Below, one piece after another: positions 36,873 to 51,869 of a stretch of DNA of 64,000 bases. The stretch spans positions 18,261,298-18,325,297 of the forward strand of contig NC_068992.1 in the NCBI RefSeq assembly GCF_001194135.2. Reading direction: 5' to 3'. Below the pieces are notes generated by a model. That model saw only the letters and a program-made list of their open reading frames with translations. It was not told the DNA's origin and did not search any database. A program made the position numbers and the translations under genes. The DNA is from Octopus bimaculoides (Eukaryota). The stretch's first letter is position 1; each line of letters begins with the position of its first letter.

Positions 36873-39866
36873 ACTGTTGTTGCTGATGTTATTGATGTTA
36901 TTTAAAATTTTGATAGCTTCATCCATATTTTCGATTGTTGCAGATTGGAAAATATTTTTAGAGAAAAAATATACGAAGATGTAATTTAATTTTTCGAATA
37001 CATGAAAAATGTATAGATTATATGCGCCACATTCGACATTTAGATACGTATGCATATATGCACGCGTACACACACACAGATAATATTTATGTACATATAC
37101 ATAATACATATATACATTATACATATGCATAATATTGCTATTCTATTCTATTATATATATATATATATATGCATACATAGCACTTACACATGTACATATA
37201 TGCATATGAAATTATATACAAATTTGTATGAAACCATACATATAGGTTTATATGATTATTTGCGAATTTATATAGAAATATGCGCGTACGTTTTTTGCGT
37301 GTGTATATAGGGGTGTTTGCATAGATACATGTATACATATATTTATGATACACATGCATATATACCGATGTAATATACATATATATGCATATACTACATA
37401 TATAGTTATTAATACTGACATATATAACACTTATACTTATAAATACATACATATATATGTGTTTGTATATATGTACATANNNNNNNNNNNNNNNNNNNNN
37501 NNNNNNNNNNNNNNNNNNNNNNNNNNNNNNNNNNNNNNNNNNNNNNNNNNNNNNNNNNNNNNNNNNNNNNNNNNNNNNNNNNNNNNNNNNNNNNNNNNNN
37601 NNNNNNNNNNNNNNNNNNNNNNNNNNNNNNNNNNNNNNNNNNNNNNNNNNNNNNNNNNNNNNNNNNNNNNNNNNNNNNNNNNNNNNNNNNNNNNNNNNNN
37701 NNNNNNNNNNNNNNNNNNNNNNNNNNNNNNNNNNNNNNNNNNNNNNNNNNNNNNNNNNNNNNNNNNNNNNNNNNNNNNNNNNNNNNNNNNNNNNNNNNNN
37801 NNNNNNNNNNNNNNNNNNNNNNNNNNNNNNNNNNNNNNNNNNNNNNNNNNNNNNNNNNNNNNNNNNNNNNNNNNNNNNNNNNNNNNNNNNNNNNNNNNNN
37901 NNNNNNNNNNNNNNNNNNNNNNNNNNNNNNNNNNNNNNNNNNNNNNNNNNNNNNNNNNTATATATATATATACATATACATATACAAGAATACATATATA
38001 TTCACATACGAATTAAAATCGCATAAGATCGAAAGTAGAATGAACAAACTTTTTGCTTTTCTCTTAAACATTTTTTCTTTTAAATTACCTCGGAGCGTTT
38101 ATCCTTTTGATCTTAATTGAAACTATTCACATATTTACAGAGAATATATGTATTTTAAGTGCTACATTACTGTTTTTCTTTCTTTTATCTACGATGTCAA
38201 AATGAAACAAGAATTATTAAATAACTTACCGCAAGGAAAAATAAAATTTAAAAATAAGGAAAGATAACTCATTTCGTTTACTTTATATTTCCACTCGAAA
38301 TTTTTCCATAATGATATACTAAATGGACTTATAAAAAGGATGTCCGTCTCCCATTTATGGCACATTATATAAATATAGCGTGCTTGAATTATTAATACAA
38401 TCAGTCAATCTTAAAAATAAGAATTTTGTTTAAATTTCCAATAATTTAATACTTACTGACTTGAAATTGCGTATGCAGACATGTATGCATGCAAAAATGT
38501 ATGTTGTCTGCATGTAACAGTGATATATATATATATATATATTGGTGTATAAATGTATGTATAGGTATATGTATATTACATACGCACACATACATTATAA
38601 AAACAGGGCAATACTACTACTACTGCTACTGCTACTGCTACTGCTGCAACTTCTTCTTTTTCTTCTTCTTCTTCTTCTTCTTCTTCTTCTTCTTCTTCTT
38701 CNNNNNNNNNNNNNNNNNNNNNNNNNNNNNNNNNNNNNNNNNNNNNNNNNNNNNNNNNNNNNNNNNNNNNNNNNNNNNNNNNNNNNNNNNNNNNNNNNNN
38801 NNNNNNNNNNNNNNNNNNNNNNNNNNNNNNNNNNNNNNNNNNNNNNNNNNNNNNNNNNNNNNNNNNNNNNNNNNNNNNNNNNNNNNNNNNNNNNNNNNNN
38901 NNNNNNNNNNNNNNNNNNNNNNNNNNNNNNNNNNNNNNNNNNNNNNNNNNNNNNNNNNNNNNNNNNNNNNNNNNNNNNNNNNNNNNNNNNNNNNNNNNNN
39001 NNNNNNNNNNNNNNNNNNNNNNNNNNNNNNNNNNNNNNNNNNNNNNNNNNNNNNNNNNNNNNNNNNNNNNNNNNNNNNNNNNNNNNNNNNNNNNNNNNNN
39101 NNNNNNNNNNNNNNNNNNNNNNNNNNNNNNNNNNNNNNNNNNNNNNNNNNNNNNNNNNNNNNNNNNNNNNNNNNNNNNNNNNNNNNNNNNNNNNNNNNNN
39201 NNNNNNNNNNNNNNNNNNNNNNNNNNNNNNNNNNNNNNNNNNNNNNNNNNNNNNNNNNNNNNNNNNNNNNNNNNNNNNNNNNNNNNNNNNNNNNNNNNNN
39301 NNNNNNNNNNNNNNNNNNNNNNNNNNNNNNNNNNNNNNNNNNNNNNNNNNNNNNNNNNNNNNNNNNNNNNNNNNNNNNNNNNNNNNNNNNNNNNNNNNNN
39401 NNNNNNNNNNNNNNNNNNNNNNNNNNNNNNNNNNNNNNNNNNNNNNNNNNNNNNNNNNNNNNNNNNNNNNNNNNNNNNNNNNNNNNNNNNNNNNNNNNNN
39501 NNNNNNNNNNNNNNNNNNNNNNNNNNNNNNNNNNNNNNNNNNNNNNNNNNNNNNNNNNNNNNNNNNNNNNNNNNNTATATATATATATATATATATATAT
39601 GTTTTATATGTAAACTAACGACAGTGTACAATAAGATCCATGTTGGCAAATTATAGAGTTTCAATGGTAATCCAGGTAGGGGGTGGGGTAATGTGCTAAA
39701 AACTTTCACACGTAGGAGGGAGATAAGATTCCGAAATAGGGGTGACGTTCAGTGAGACAGGGTTATTCTGGAAATACGACCTGAGCGTATGTCCTACCAA
39801 TAATGCAGACACACCCTTTTCTCTCCATATATATTTTCTTGTCTCCATCTGTTTTCTCTCCTCATT

Positions 39867-39903
39867 CCTTTATGTAGAGGATCGCAGGCTCGAAACGTCG
39901 AAG
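39867..39903 (+). ncRNA. Decayed hammerhead-like motif, family 2
   Basis: CTTT ATGTAGAG GATC GCAG GCTC GAAAC GTC GAAG aligns without indels to the 44613-44648 copy. This copy has core and stem mutations. Confidence 0.4.
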
Positions 39904-41581
39904 ACATCTTCCAGTTTTCATGAACGTCAAATAAACATTGTTTCTTGTTCCATCATCCGCTTCCGTCTTTTGTTTTGTCATTTTTGTATCATTTCGAACT
40001 AAATATGTGTGTGTATATGTGTGTGTCTGTTTATGCATTTAAACACAAAGCTATGTGTTTCCCTATTCAAAAAGTACTCTGCCTTTCTCTCTTCCCCTTC
40101 TGCTCTCTCACAAAAGCATTGATATGCATTTATACGCATAGTTGTATTAGAATGCCACGGCATAACGTCACAGGTTTTTGCAGCAACACATGTGCTTGGG
40201 TGGCCGATACACAGCCATTAGGTATCTTTTATATTCTCAAACAGAAATTCATTGAGTTCTTTTGTGATGATGATTACAGTGTCTAACAATGAGTTACTTC
40301 TCAACCACACAAATCACGCCCGCAAATATATATTCNNNNNNNNNNNNNNNNNNNNNNNNNNNNNNNNNNNNNNNNNNNNNNNNNNNNNNNNNNNNNNNNN
40401 NNNNNNNNNNNNNNNNNNNNNNNNNNNNNNNNNNNNNNNNNNNNNNNNNNNNNNNNNNNNNNNNNNNNNNNNNNNNNNNNNNNNNNNNNNNNNNNNNNNN
40501 NNNNNNNNNNNNNNNNNNNNNNNNNNNNNNNNNNNNNNNNNNNNNNNNNNNNNNNNNNNNNNNNNNNNNNNNNNNNNNNNNNNNNNNNNNNNNNNNNNNN
40601 NNNNNNNNNNNNNNNNNNNNNNNNNNNNNNNNNNNNNNNNNNNNNNNNNNNNNNNNNNNNNNNNNNNNNNNNNNNNNNNNNNNNNNNNNNNNNNNNNNNN
40701 NNNNNNNNNNNNNNNNNNNNNNNNNNNNNNNNNNNNNTATATATATATATATATATGTTCACAATTTGTTACATACACCTAAACGTAGTTATACAAATAC
40801 ATCATTGGTTTAGTCACGGCCATTAGAAAGCAATAAACCACACAATGTTGGTATATGCATACATATTTTCACTTAGGGAAAAAATCGCTTTTAATCATTC
40901 ACTGATACGTGGCTGCGGGATAGCATTTTACATGCATTATCAGTCGTCTACCTATACATTACGTATTTCTCCTGTGTATCACACATCCCGTTACAGGTAA
41001 TTTCGTGTACTAAATACAACGAAAGTATTTGTGTGAGATATCCTGTCAAAGATACTGCTGTAGGATGCATTCCTATGATACTTTTATTTTTCCTCATGAT
41101 TAATAATAGTTTCTATTATGAGTGATGCCGTCGTTTGTATTGGCGATTATACGAATGTCGCTGTTATCGATAATATGTTTCAATTTACTTTGAAATCATT
41201 GACAACGTTTTGAAAATGCTACAGTGATCTATACCAAACACCTAAATAAAAGACATTATTCTGCATATGAGGAAACTTAATTGTTTTCCAAACACAATAT
41301 TTAGGAGAATATTTCAAAGAACATCCAGCGGTATATTAATAGAACAGAACACACCATGTGTCCACGTTAATGACAAATTTCAAAGGCGATATAGCCACAC
41401 ACAACAAAGGAATAATGGAGAACATCGAAGAATCTCATGGCGTAAGTTAAATGGAACAGGCAGATAGCGGTCTGTCAGGAACTAGAATGCTAATAAGAAG
41501 GAATTTAGGAGCGATAAAAACGTCTATATTCTCACTACACACAAGTGATTGTGTGCGTATGTCTGCAGATATATTTGTGTC

Positions 41582-41582
<1 letters not shown>

Positions 41583-41620
<38 letters not shown>

Positions 41621-41651
41621 GTCTATCTATCTATCTATCTATCTATCTATC
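41583..41651. repeat. (ATCT)n tetranucleotide microsatellite
   Basis: Direct reading. Confidence 0.95.
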
Positions 41652-42687
41652 AGCATATATATATATATATATNNNNNNNNNNNNNNNNNNNNNNNNNNNN
41701 NNNNNNNNNNNNNNNNNNNNNNNNNNNNNNNNNNNNNNNNNNNNNNNNNNNNNNNNNNNNNNNNNNNNNNNNNNNNNNNNNNNNNNNNNNNNNNNNNNNN
41801 NNNNNNNNNNNNNNNNNNNNNNNNNNNNNNNNNNNNNNNNNNNNNNNNNNNNNNNNNNNNNNNNNNNNNNNNNNNNNNNNNNNNNNNNNNNNNNNNNNNN
41901 NNNNNNNNNNNNNNNNNNNNNNNNNNNNNNNNNNNNNNNNNNNNNNNNNNNNNNNNNNNNNNNNNNNNNNNNNNNNNNNNNNNNNNNNNNNNNNNNNNNN
42001 NNNNNNNNNNNNNNNNNNNNNNNNNNNNNNNNNNNNNNNNNNNNNNNNNNNNNNNNNNNNNNNNNNNNNNNNNNNNNNNNNNNNNNNNNNNNNNNNNNNN
42101 NNNNNNNNNNNNNNNNNNNNNNNNNNNNNNNNNNNNNNNNNNNNNNNNNNNNNNNNNNNNNNNNNNNNNNNNNNNNNNNNNNNNNNNNNNNNNNNNNNNN
42201 NNNNNNNNNNNNNNNNNNNNNNNNNNNNNNNNNNNNNNNNNNNNNNNNNNNNNNNNNNNNNNNNNNNNNNNNNNNNNNNNNNNNNNNNNNNNNNNNNNNN
42301 NNNNNNNNNNNNNNNNNNNNNNNNNNNNNNNNNNNNNNNNNNNNNNNNNNNNNNNNNNNNNNNNNNNNNNNNNNNNNNNNNNNNNNNNNNNNNNNNNNNN
42401 NNNNNNNNNNNNNNNNNNNNNNNNNNNNNNNNNNNNNNNNNNNNNNNNNNNNNNNNNNNNNNNNNNNNNNNNNNNNNNNNNNNNNNNNNNNNNNNNNNNN
42501 NNNNNNNNNNNNNNNNNNNNNNNNNNNNNNNNNNNNNNNNNNNNNNNNNNNNNNNNNNNNNNNNNNNNNNNNNNNNNNNNNNNNNNNNTCAAAATAAATA
42601 ATAGGTAGTAAACCAGTAAACTCATTGGATTTTATTATCCCTTAATGAGGTTTTTGACCAGTAATTATACTTTCACATACACACACA

Positions 42688-42750
<63 letters not shown>

Positions 42751-44034
42751 TGTTTTAAAATGAGTATTCAGTTCATTATTTTGAAAAATTAGTAACAAAT
42801 TTGATTAAATTTACTTTGTAATTTTTATGTGTGAGACGTATTTCATGCCATCATATGTACAAAAATATGTACAAATTTATGCGACATATGACGGGTAATA
42901 TTCTAGTATATACATATTTACTTACATATACGAATACGTATACACACACACACATATATACATGCGTACACGTATGCAAACGTTAGTCTAGACAGACTAT
43001 TGCTACTCTGAGATGCACCTGTATGTACAGAGTGTCTTCAGGCAAAATTGAATTATATTATTCTATTTGAATCACTGTGAAATAGATTTGAATCTTCACG
43101 GAAAGCTCGTACAAAGTAGGCTGGAAAGAAAGAAATGAACAGAAAATTAGAATCACATATGTCGGTTTACCGTTGAGTTAGGTACTTCGGATTTAAAATC
43201 TCATACGAAGATGAGATGTCCATTAGTGAAATATTCCGCCGGAAAATGCATGAAGAGGTGTATTTACGCCATACGGATCCATCGTTCAATTATAGCGAAA
43301 ATATTCTACACACGGAATGTAATCACCCATGAAAACACTATTTACAATGAAACAGAGGAGATAATTGACATCACAGGCGGCTCGAAAATGGGCTAATAAA
43401 TTGCTACGATTAATAGCCATGCCACAAATAAATCTTACAATTAACTACAATGAAACTCTACCCTGCTAGTGAAAATGTACATTTTTCTAAAACTGCTACA
43501 CTCGGATGATAAGTCGACAGTGTCAATACACCAGGTGGCTCGAGGAAACCGAATAAACTGGTAACGTATTATAGGCGTTTTATAAGGGTCTTCTTCTGTT
43601 ACTGAATCACGCATAGCAAAGACATAAGGATATCATCCGAAATTAACTATGCTGGGAGAATTACATGGAAGAACATTTGCGAAACTACGTGGTACATCAC
43701 ATACAACATTGTGAAAATGATGGCTCTAAATTCGGAAATATCGATCATAAATATTGCAATTCTGTTAAAGTATACGTTGTCATAACTACCAGAGGTACAC
43801 ACAAGGATATATAACGGAGCAAGACGCAGTATACCTACGTTATGTAACAGATGAACAAATATCATAATTAGAACATTAAAACAACAACACTCCAGTGAAA
43901 AGAATATAAAACCTGAGAATTAATGTTGTTGATTGTATTAACATATTGTATCAATCCTTAATAATATGTAGGAAAGTTATGACACTTATTGGCCAATTTC
44001 ATACTACCAATGTGAACAAATCGCAAATATCCAA

Positions 44035-44299
44035 CTTTACATTCGCAAAGTTCCTGTCCGAGTCATATACACTCATAGGGCCAGTTGCCCCGGTTTCTAT
44101 GGCACATAAAGTTTCCACCAGGACGGGACGCTGTTCCGTTGTAGGGTTACAGATTTTTTTTTGCCAGCGGAGTGGAGTGGGACAACGTGAAACGAAGTGT
44201 TTGACTCAATACCACAACACGTCGTCCGGTGCAGGAAGCGAAACCACAGTCTTAAGATTATGAGCACAACACCTTTACAGCTACTCCACGCGCATCCAC
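44035..44299 (-). mobile_element. tRNA-derived SINE, family C
   Basis: Minus strand GTGGATGCGCGTGGAGTAGCTG (A-box-like), GGTTTCGCTTCC (B-box-like), then TTGAGTCAAACACTTCGTTTCACG (CORE-like). Confidence 0.75.
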
Positions 44300-44612
44300 A
44301 CTTTATGTAAGCTTGCAGACAAATAAGTTTCTCCTCCTTTTGATAGGATTCCCAATACAGAATATCGGAATAAAAATGAAGTGTTCCCGGTTATCTTATT
44401 TTGGTCGAGCTGGTCTCTTTCTCCCTCTATATATTAAAAGGTTCATTTGAAAAACTTTGAAACCGTGTTATCTCTTTTTTTCTTTCTTTTTTCACTTCAT
44501 TATAATATTTTCTCTACATCATCACGACTTACGACTTGAAAGCTATATGTAGATGCGCAAATCTTCTCGCATATCCTTTCAGGTTAGTGTATGCACCGGC
44601 AGGTGAAAAAGT

Positions 44613-44648
44613 CTTTAACTTTTCGAGCCTACGCTCTTCCACAGAAAG
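44613..44648 (-). ncRNA. Hammerhead-like motif, family 2, non-canonical core CUGUGGA
   Basis: CTTT CTGTGGA A GAGC GTAG GCTC GAAA A GTT AAAG: stem I CTTT/AAAG, perfect stem II GAGC/GCTC; C15.2 is mutated in this copy. Confidence 0.5.
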
Positions 44649-45956
44649 GAACACAGAAAGAAACAGGGAGAGAATCACGGAGAGAAAAAAAGAATANNNN
44701 NNNNNNNNNNNNNNNNNNNNNNNNNNNNNNNNNNNNNNNNNNNNNNNNNNNNNNNNNNNNNNNNNNNNNNNNNNNNNNNNNNNNNNNNNNNNNNNNNNNN
44801 NNNNNNNNNNNNNNNNNNNNNNNNNNNNNNNNNNNNNNNNNNNNNNNNNNNNNNNNNNNNNNNNNNNNNNNNNNNNNNNNNNNNNNNNNNNNNNNNNNNN
44901 NNNNNNNNNNNNNNNNNNNNNNNNNNNNNNNNNNNNNNNNNNNNNNNNNNNNNNNNNNNNNNNNNNNNNNNNNNNNNNNNNNNNNNNNNNNNNNNNNNNN
45001 NNNNNNNNNNNNNNNNNNNNNNNNNNNNNNNNNNNNNNNNNNNNNNNNNNNNNNNNNNNNNNNNNNNNNNNNNNNNNNNNNNNNNNNNNNNNNNNNNNNN
45101 NNNNNNNNNNNNNNNNNNNNNNNNNNNNNNNNNNNNNNNNNNNNNNNNNNNNNNNNNNNNNNNNNNNNNNNNNNNNNNNNNNNNNNNNNNNNNNNNNNNN
45201 NNNNNNNNNNNNNNNNNNNNNNNNNNNNNNNNNNNNNNNNNNNNNNNNNNNNNNNNNNNNNNNNNNNNNNNNNNNNNNNNNNNNNNNNNNNNNNNNNNNN
45301 NNNNNNNNNNNNNNNNNNNNNNNNNNNNNNNNNNNNNNNNNNNNNNNNNNNNNNNNNNNNNNNNNNNNNNNNNNNNNNNNNNNNNNNNNNNNNNNNNNNN
45401 NNNNNNNNNNNNNNNNNNNNNNNNNNNNNNNNNNNNNNNNNNNNNNNNNNNNNNNNNNNNNNNNNNNNNNNNNNNNNNNNNNNNNNNNNNNNNNNNNNNN
45501 NNNNNNNNNNNNNNNNNNNCATCAGCTGCGTATGCATTTACTAACCGACTTCACGTGCATAGTGACTATTACTTCAAACAATCGTTTACATATTTGTATA
45601 TATATATATATATATATATATCATAATGTAACTATTATTCGCACTCTGTACAGTAAGCGTTTCCAACATCAATAAAACATCGAAGAAGAACTCCCAAAGA
45701 AACAAAGAGAATAGGTAAATTGCCAGATATCTTCACTACGGAAAAAGAGAAGTTAAGTTCAGTATAATATAAGCTGTAGGAGAAAATCTTCGCATAAAGT
45801 ATTACATTAAAGCATTAGTGGTAGCAAAGGCAAATATGTACTGGAAATATTGATGCTCACTAAACATAGCACATTAAGTGTACGAATGCAGAGGTACAGA
45901 CGTACATACACACACGCATCATGCACATGCACACATACACACACACGCACACACAT

Positions 45957-45992
<36 letters not shown>

Positions 45993-46286
45993 GTATATAT
46001 ATGTGCATATCAATATTCATTCATATTTACGTATACATAGATATATTACGTATAAAAGCATATTTATGCGTGTAGTTGGTTTGTGTTTTTATACATATAT
46101 GTATCAATAGATGAATGTGTATATACATACACATACATATATACCTATGTGTATATTTACATATAGTTTTTTATGACTTTCACTTCGTTACGTAACTCAC
46201 TTATCAGGCGATAAATACATGCTTGGGTATGTATTTATACACAATGTGTGTGTGTGTGAGCATATGTGTATATTTGTATGTATATG

Positions 46287-46324
<38 letters not shown>

Positions 46325-47536
46325 NNNNNNNNNNNNNNNNNNNNNNNNNNNNNNNNNNNNNNNNNNNNNNNNNNNNNNNNNNNNNNNNNNNNNNNNNNNN
46401 NNNNNNNNNNNNNNNNNNNNNNNNNNNNNNNNNNNNNNNNNNNNNNNNNNNNNNNNNNNNNNNNNNNNNNNNNNNNNNNNNNNNNNNNNNNNNNNNNNNN
46501 NNNNNNNNNNNNNNNNNNNNNNNNNNNNNNNNNNNNNNNNNNNNNNNNNNNNNNNNNNNNNNNNNNNNNNNNNNNNNNNNNNNNNNNNNNNNNNNNNNNN
46601 NNNNNNNNNNNNNNNNNNNNNNNNNNNNNNNNNNNNNNNNNNNNNNNNNNNNNNNNNNNNNNNNNNNNNNNNNNNNNNNNNNNNNNNNNNNNNNNNNNNN
46701 NNNNNNNNNNNNNNNNNNNNNNNNNNNNNNNNNNNNNNNNNNNNNNNNNNNNNNNNNNNNNNNNNNNNNNNNNNNNNNNNNNNNNNNNNNNNNNNNNNNN
46801 NNNNNNNNNNNNNNNNNNNNNNNNNNNNNNNNNNNNNNNNNNNNNNNNNNNNNNATATATATGGCGAGGTGAGCGAATGCTTGGTGCTTGTGTGTGTTTA
46901 TGAGCTTGCACATTAGTGCACAATTCTTCGTATACGTGGCTTTTTCTTTTAAGCAGTTTTTCAATTTTGCTATCCGTGACATATTTACTGTTGCCATCTG
47001 AATAATCCAATATAATGTCCAACTACGCTGTCACATGTATATACTGAAGTGGGTAACGATATCAATACTAATAATGTGCATAGTGTTAACATGACGCAGT
47101 TTCGGGATTTGGTGGTTTGTATTCAATGTTGTAACATATGGAAATTTCGACATTCGCCGCCATTATTTCACAGCGGTTTGCATCACTTTAAGCGAGTTTG
47201 CTGAAAGATTCTGAATCAATATTAGCGATATCAAATGGTGTGTTCATTGCAAAGGTTAGAACTCTAAAAATCCCTTGATTCTGTTATGGTTTTAAAACTA
47301 TGAAACACAGTACGTTGTGAAAGCTTTGCTATGTGAAGGTACGAATATGTAAATATGTACTCGAACGCACACACGCGCGCACATACATGTACACACATAC
47401 AAGCTCATGCAGAGATGCACGTATTTGAATGGATGTTTGTCTTGCCATTTTAGAGACATAGATGACATATAGCTATGCATATTTCGTTGTCCATACGCCC
47501 CAACCCACACTCACACGCACATACACACACACACAC

Positions 47537-47583
<47 letters not shown>

Positions 47584-47629
47584 TTTATATATATATATAT
47601 ATATAAATATATGAATGTATATATCTAAT

Positions 47630-47707
<78 letters not shown>

Positions 47708-47708
47708 C

Positions 47709-48034
47709 ATGTGGCTGTGTGGTAAGTAGCTTGCCTACCAACCACATGGCTCCGGGTGCTGTGTGGCACCTTGGGCAAGTGTCTTCTACTCTAGCTTTGT
47801 GAGCGGATTTCATAGATGGAAACTGAAAGACGCCCGTATATATGTATAAATATGTATGTGAGTGTATAGGTTTGTGTGTCTGTGTCCCCCCACCAACATC
47901 GTTTGACAACTGATGCTGGTGTGTTTACCTCCCCGTTACCTAGCCGTTCGGAAAAAAGATCCGATAAAATAACTACTAGGCTTACAAAGAATAAATCCCG
48001 GGCTCGATACTGAAACTAGTAAAAGATTAAAAAC
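47709..48034 (+). mobile_element. tRNA-derived SINE family B (CORE-like domain), with internal deletions
   Basis: GTGGCTGTGTGGTAAG (A-box-like), CACCTTGGGCAAGTGTCTT (CORE-like), internal (TA/TG)n and an A-rich tail TAAAAGATTAAAAA. Several partial copies occur elsewhere in the window. Confidence 0.88.
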
Positions 48035-48384
48035 ATATATATTTTTATACATATATATATATATATATAAAGATTTTTTAATAAAAAGATATTAAAGTAT
48101 GTGAAACGAAGGTATTTCTCTTCCAATTTTTATGTTTTCCACCTATTTTCAACTCATAATTTTGCCACGTGGTGTATACAGATTCTCCAGTATTTTTGCT
48201 CCTTTACGCACACACACGCACACACACACACACATACACACACACTCTCACACACACATACACACACACACACACACACACAAACACACACCCACACCCC
48301 CACACCCCCACACCCACACACATTTACATATATATGTATGCACATATCAACGGTTATCAGCATTTTGTCCATCTTTGCTTTCTG

Positions 48385-48520
48385 ATCTCAAATTTCGCCG
48401 AGGTCGTCTTTGCCTTTGCTCCTTTCGAGGACGGTAAAATAAGAAACAATTGAGCATTAGACTCGATGTAATCAACCCCAGTACCCCTCCTCTAAAAACA
48501 GCTGGTGTTATGCAATATTT
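48385..48520 (+). mobile_element. SINE family A fragment
   Basis: CTCAAATTTCGCCGAGGTCGTCTTTGCCTTT..CTCGATGTAATC matches the family A body. Confidence 0.75.
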
Positions 48521-51500
48521 GAATCCAATTGAGAAGTAATTTCAACAAGGTAGCTGTTTATCCACTGAAAGCACTCTATACAGTTATTTACCAAAAAGTA
48601 TCAACCTCTGATTAATTGCACTAACTCGATTTTCTCGGGAATAATAACATTTGAGGATTCCGTATAATTATATTGTTGGTAGAAGTTTCTCCAATCTGAT
48701 CTAAGAAAAGTTTGAACCAATCTGAAAACTGCTAGGTTCTTGGGGTCTCAGTACATACTCCGGCTCCTCTGGAATCAGATGTAGTAGACTTAGCATCCAT
48801 TCATTAAGAACAAGAAAGCAAATAAATTAAGTCAACTCCCCTGCCTGTTTTGGAGACAGTATTTTGTTGCCCTTAATAGGAGTTCAATTGTCAAAAATTA
48901 ACATGTTCCTGTTATCATTATTTGTCATTAAATTACACATTGTAGGACAATGCTTTATATACATACATTACGAACTGTAAACAACTGTATCTATTGAAAA
49001 AATAATAAATACACGTTAGATTTAGTGAGAAGACGTAATTAACATGCTTAAAGAAGGAAATATTTAGCTATTTTACCATTTGTTGTCAGCGAGACATTAA
49101 TAATCCAGCAGCTTTTGCTGTTTATCCTGTGTTCAGATTTGATTAATAGGATTACGATTAAATGCTTTCCATTGACAACTACTCACAACAAAAATTATCT
49201 AAGATTTTCCTGCACTTTGTAAAACGGTAGTTTATGATTTGAAGGACATTCGATTGTTATTTCTAGTAGCTCGATCTGTCTCTTAGAAGATTCAGAGTTG
49301 CTGGACTTCCTCACAAACAATATGAATTTTACAAGTATACTGACCTCAGGCTGATGGATCTAAAACCATCGAATCAAAAACCATGATTGATCAAAGTAAT
49401 AAATCAACAAGTAGAGATCGCTTCTCTCTCATGTACACGTAACTCCCAAAACTGAGTTATCTCCAAACAATGGGAGCCCATTGTTTTACAGGAATGAATA
49501 TCAGAACAGCATTTTTTCCAAAATATTTTACTCTTTTGTTGATAATGGAAAGGAAATGAATATTGCCTACTCCTTATGCAAATTGACTTTTGCTCAATTT
49601 TCAAAAATAGCATAGTGAATTATAATTTATGTTCAAATCACATTCGTAATTTACAGCATTTAATGAAATTCAAGTTATTTTAAAATCCTGCAGACATTAT
49701 TACAATTCAATGATTACAGTTTCTGATAATTCAACCAAAGAAATCATTGTTGGAATGTATTTCATTCATAATTAAATGATATTAAGATTAAGCTCGGTTC
49801 TGCTTCATGAATAATTTGAAAAGATGAGACGGTATCATGGGCATTCCGTAGAATGAAATCAGAATAAAAGTAGCACATGTAAATACATATAAAATAGATA
49901 TGGACAACTATCTCTTGTTGCTTTTTCTTGTCACAGACGTAAAAAGAAGAGAGAATATATTTTTTTTATTTTACAACATTATCAGTTAAGAAAATGAAAA
50001 ATTTAAATGAAAAAGGTTCAGGAAAATATTATTTTATACAGATCAGAACAAAGCGGTAAATAAAAGTTTCTGTTTCTCCGAATGTTTAATTAATTTCAAT
50101 ATAGCTGAAATTAATTAAAATGTGAATTAATATAGAAAATAATTTCACTTCTGATTATGATTAAAGATAATTTTTATTGTACTTCTAATGCTTCGTTTTT
50201 GGAGCCCGCGTGGCATACTATAATCATCTTTGATGAGAAACGCGATTTGAAGCAGTTCATGATATTGAATGTGGCGTTCAACTCGAAAATAATATTTTGC
50301 AGATTAATTTCTGCAATAAATCAATCCGTTGTGGAAAAAAAAATAGTCAATTCTGTCTAATATATCATACGTACACAGACTTGCAGACACACGTACATGC
50401 ACACAAACACTAACGCACACACACAAACATATTTATGCACTCATACACACATACATAAATAATATACTTACACACTCACACACACATATACACACACTTT
50501 GATGATTATGTTAGGAAGTTGGATGAAGATTACATTAACGTACAGAATTCATTAGTTCGAAGGTACATAAATTTATTTTTTAAATGAGGCATTTAGCGAT
50601 AGCGCTATGGAATGCTGAGATAGATAATCTTACATACTGTCCAGGAACGAAACAAAGCTTACGCTTATTGAAGTCATTCATCATACATATGTGTGTGTAT
50701 GTATGTATGTATGTATGTATGTATGAATGTTGTGTGTGTATATGTATGTAAACCATACTTATCACATGTATATCGTCGAAAAGTGAAACGCTGCAATCAT
50801 CCTCGCTGAAACATCCGCTTCGAGACGGAGTATAGTTTTAAGAAACGCATTATACTTCAGAGATAGGCGCAACGAAATAGCCTGGCAATTGAATTAAATA
50901 AAACTTCCACAATAGTTAGTTCTGGAAGTGCATAGTTTTTCTTATAAATATCACGTGGTGTTGTGCATTATTTCCTTCAGCAATATTCAGAATGATTATC
51001 CACAAGCTTTTGATTTTCGCGAGTATCTTTCAGGATTTTGCATGCAACTGGGAGTGCCCCCAGGTACTCTCAGTTATGAGAATAGGTTAAAACGAACACG
51101 CGAGAAAGTGGGGATAACACTGCAATATTCGTGTATATGTGCATAGAGACAAGAGGTAGTACAGACATGCTTTACTTTGCTATTATTTATAATTTATCAT
51201 TCATATATTTCATTTTATTAGCTTGTCCTCCAAAATTATACTCGTGTACTCGTAAACGATTACGTATATATACTATATGTAATGGGACTGTCGTGTTTAT
51301 GGGAATGGATTCAGATTGTACACATATACGAAACATGTAAACATGATAATAAGTTACTTGTGTAGATGCTGCGTTGTTGACTATAAAATTAAATCATTAA
51401 ATCTGATGTCTATTCAATTTTAATTTCTGTGAGAATAATTTGCCTTCCACGATACTACACTGAACCTACAAGAATTTAATGCCGAGCAGTCAGAGGGACA

Positions 51501-51824
51501 TTATCTGTCCGCGATGTTACTTTCTTGTTTCATTTCATTGAATATCTTCGAAATAAAGTAGTGGACTGTAGGTCTAGCCATTTAGATCAGTGTTAGATTA
51601 GCAACTTTAACCACTTTCGTTTCGTTTGGCGTAAGTATATACACACATATATANNNNNNNNNNNNNNNNNNNNNNNNNNNNNNNNNNNNNNNNNNNNNNN
51701 NNNNNNNNNNNNNNNNNNNNNNNNNNNNNNNNNNNNNNNNNNNNNNNNNNNNNNNNNNNNNNNNNNNNNNNNNNNNNNNNNNNNNNNNNNNNNNNNNNNN
51801 NNNNNNNNNNNNNNNNNNNNNNNN

Positions 51825-51861
<37 letters not shown>

Positions 51862-51869
51862 ATGGATAT

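Noticed and set aside
43200-43800. Helitron-like peptide snippets (YEDEMS, IYNE, KYCNSVK)
   Set aside because: The matches are short and in the wrong order relative to Rep-helicase.
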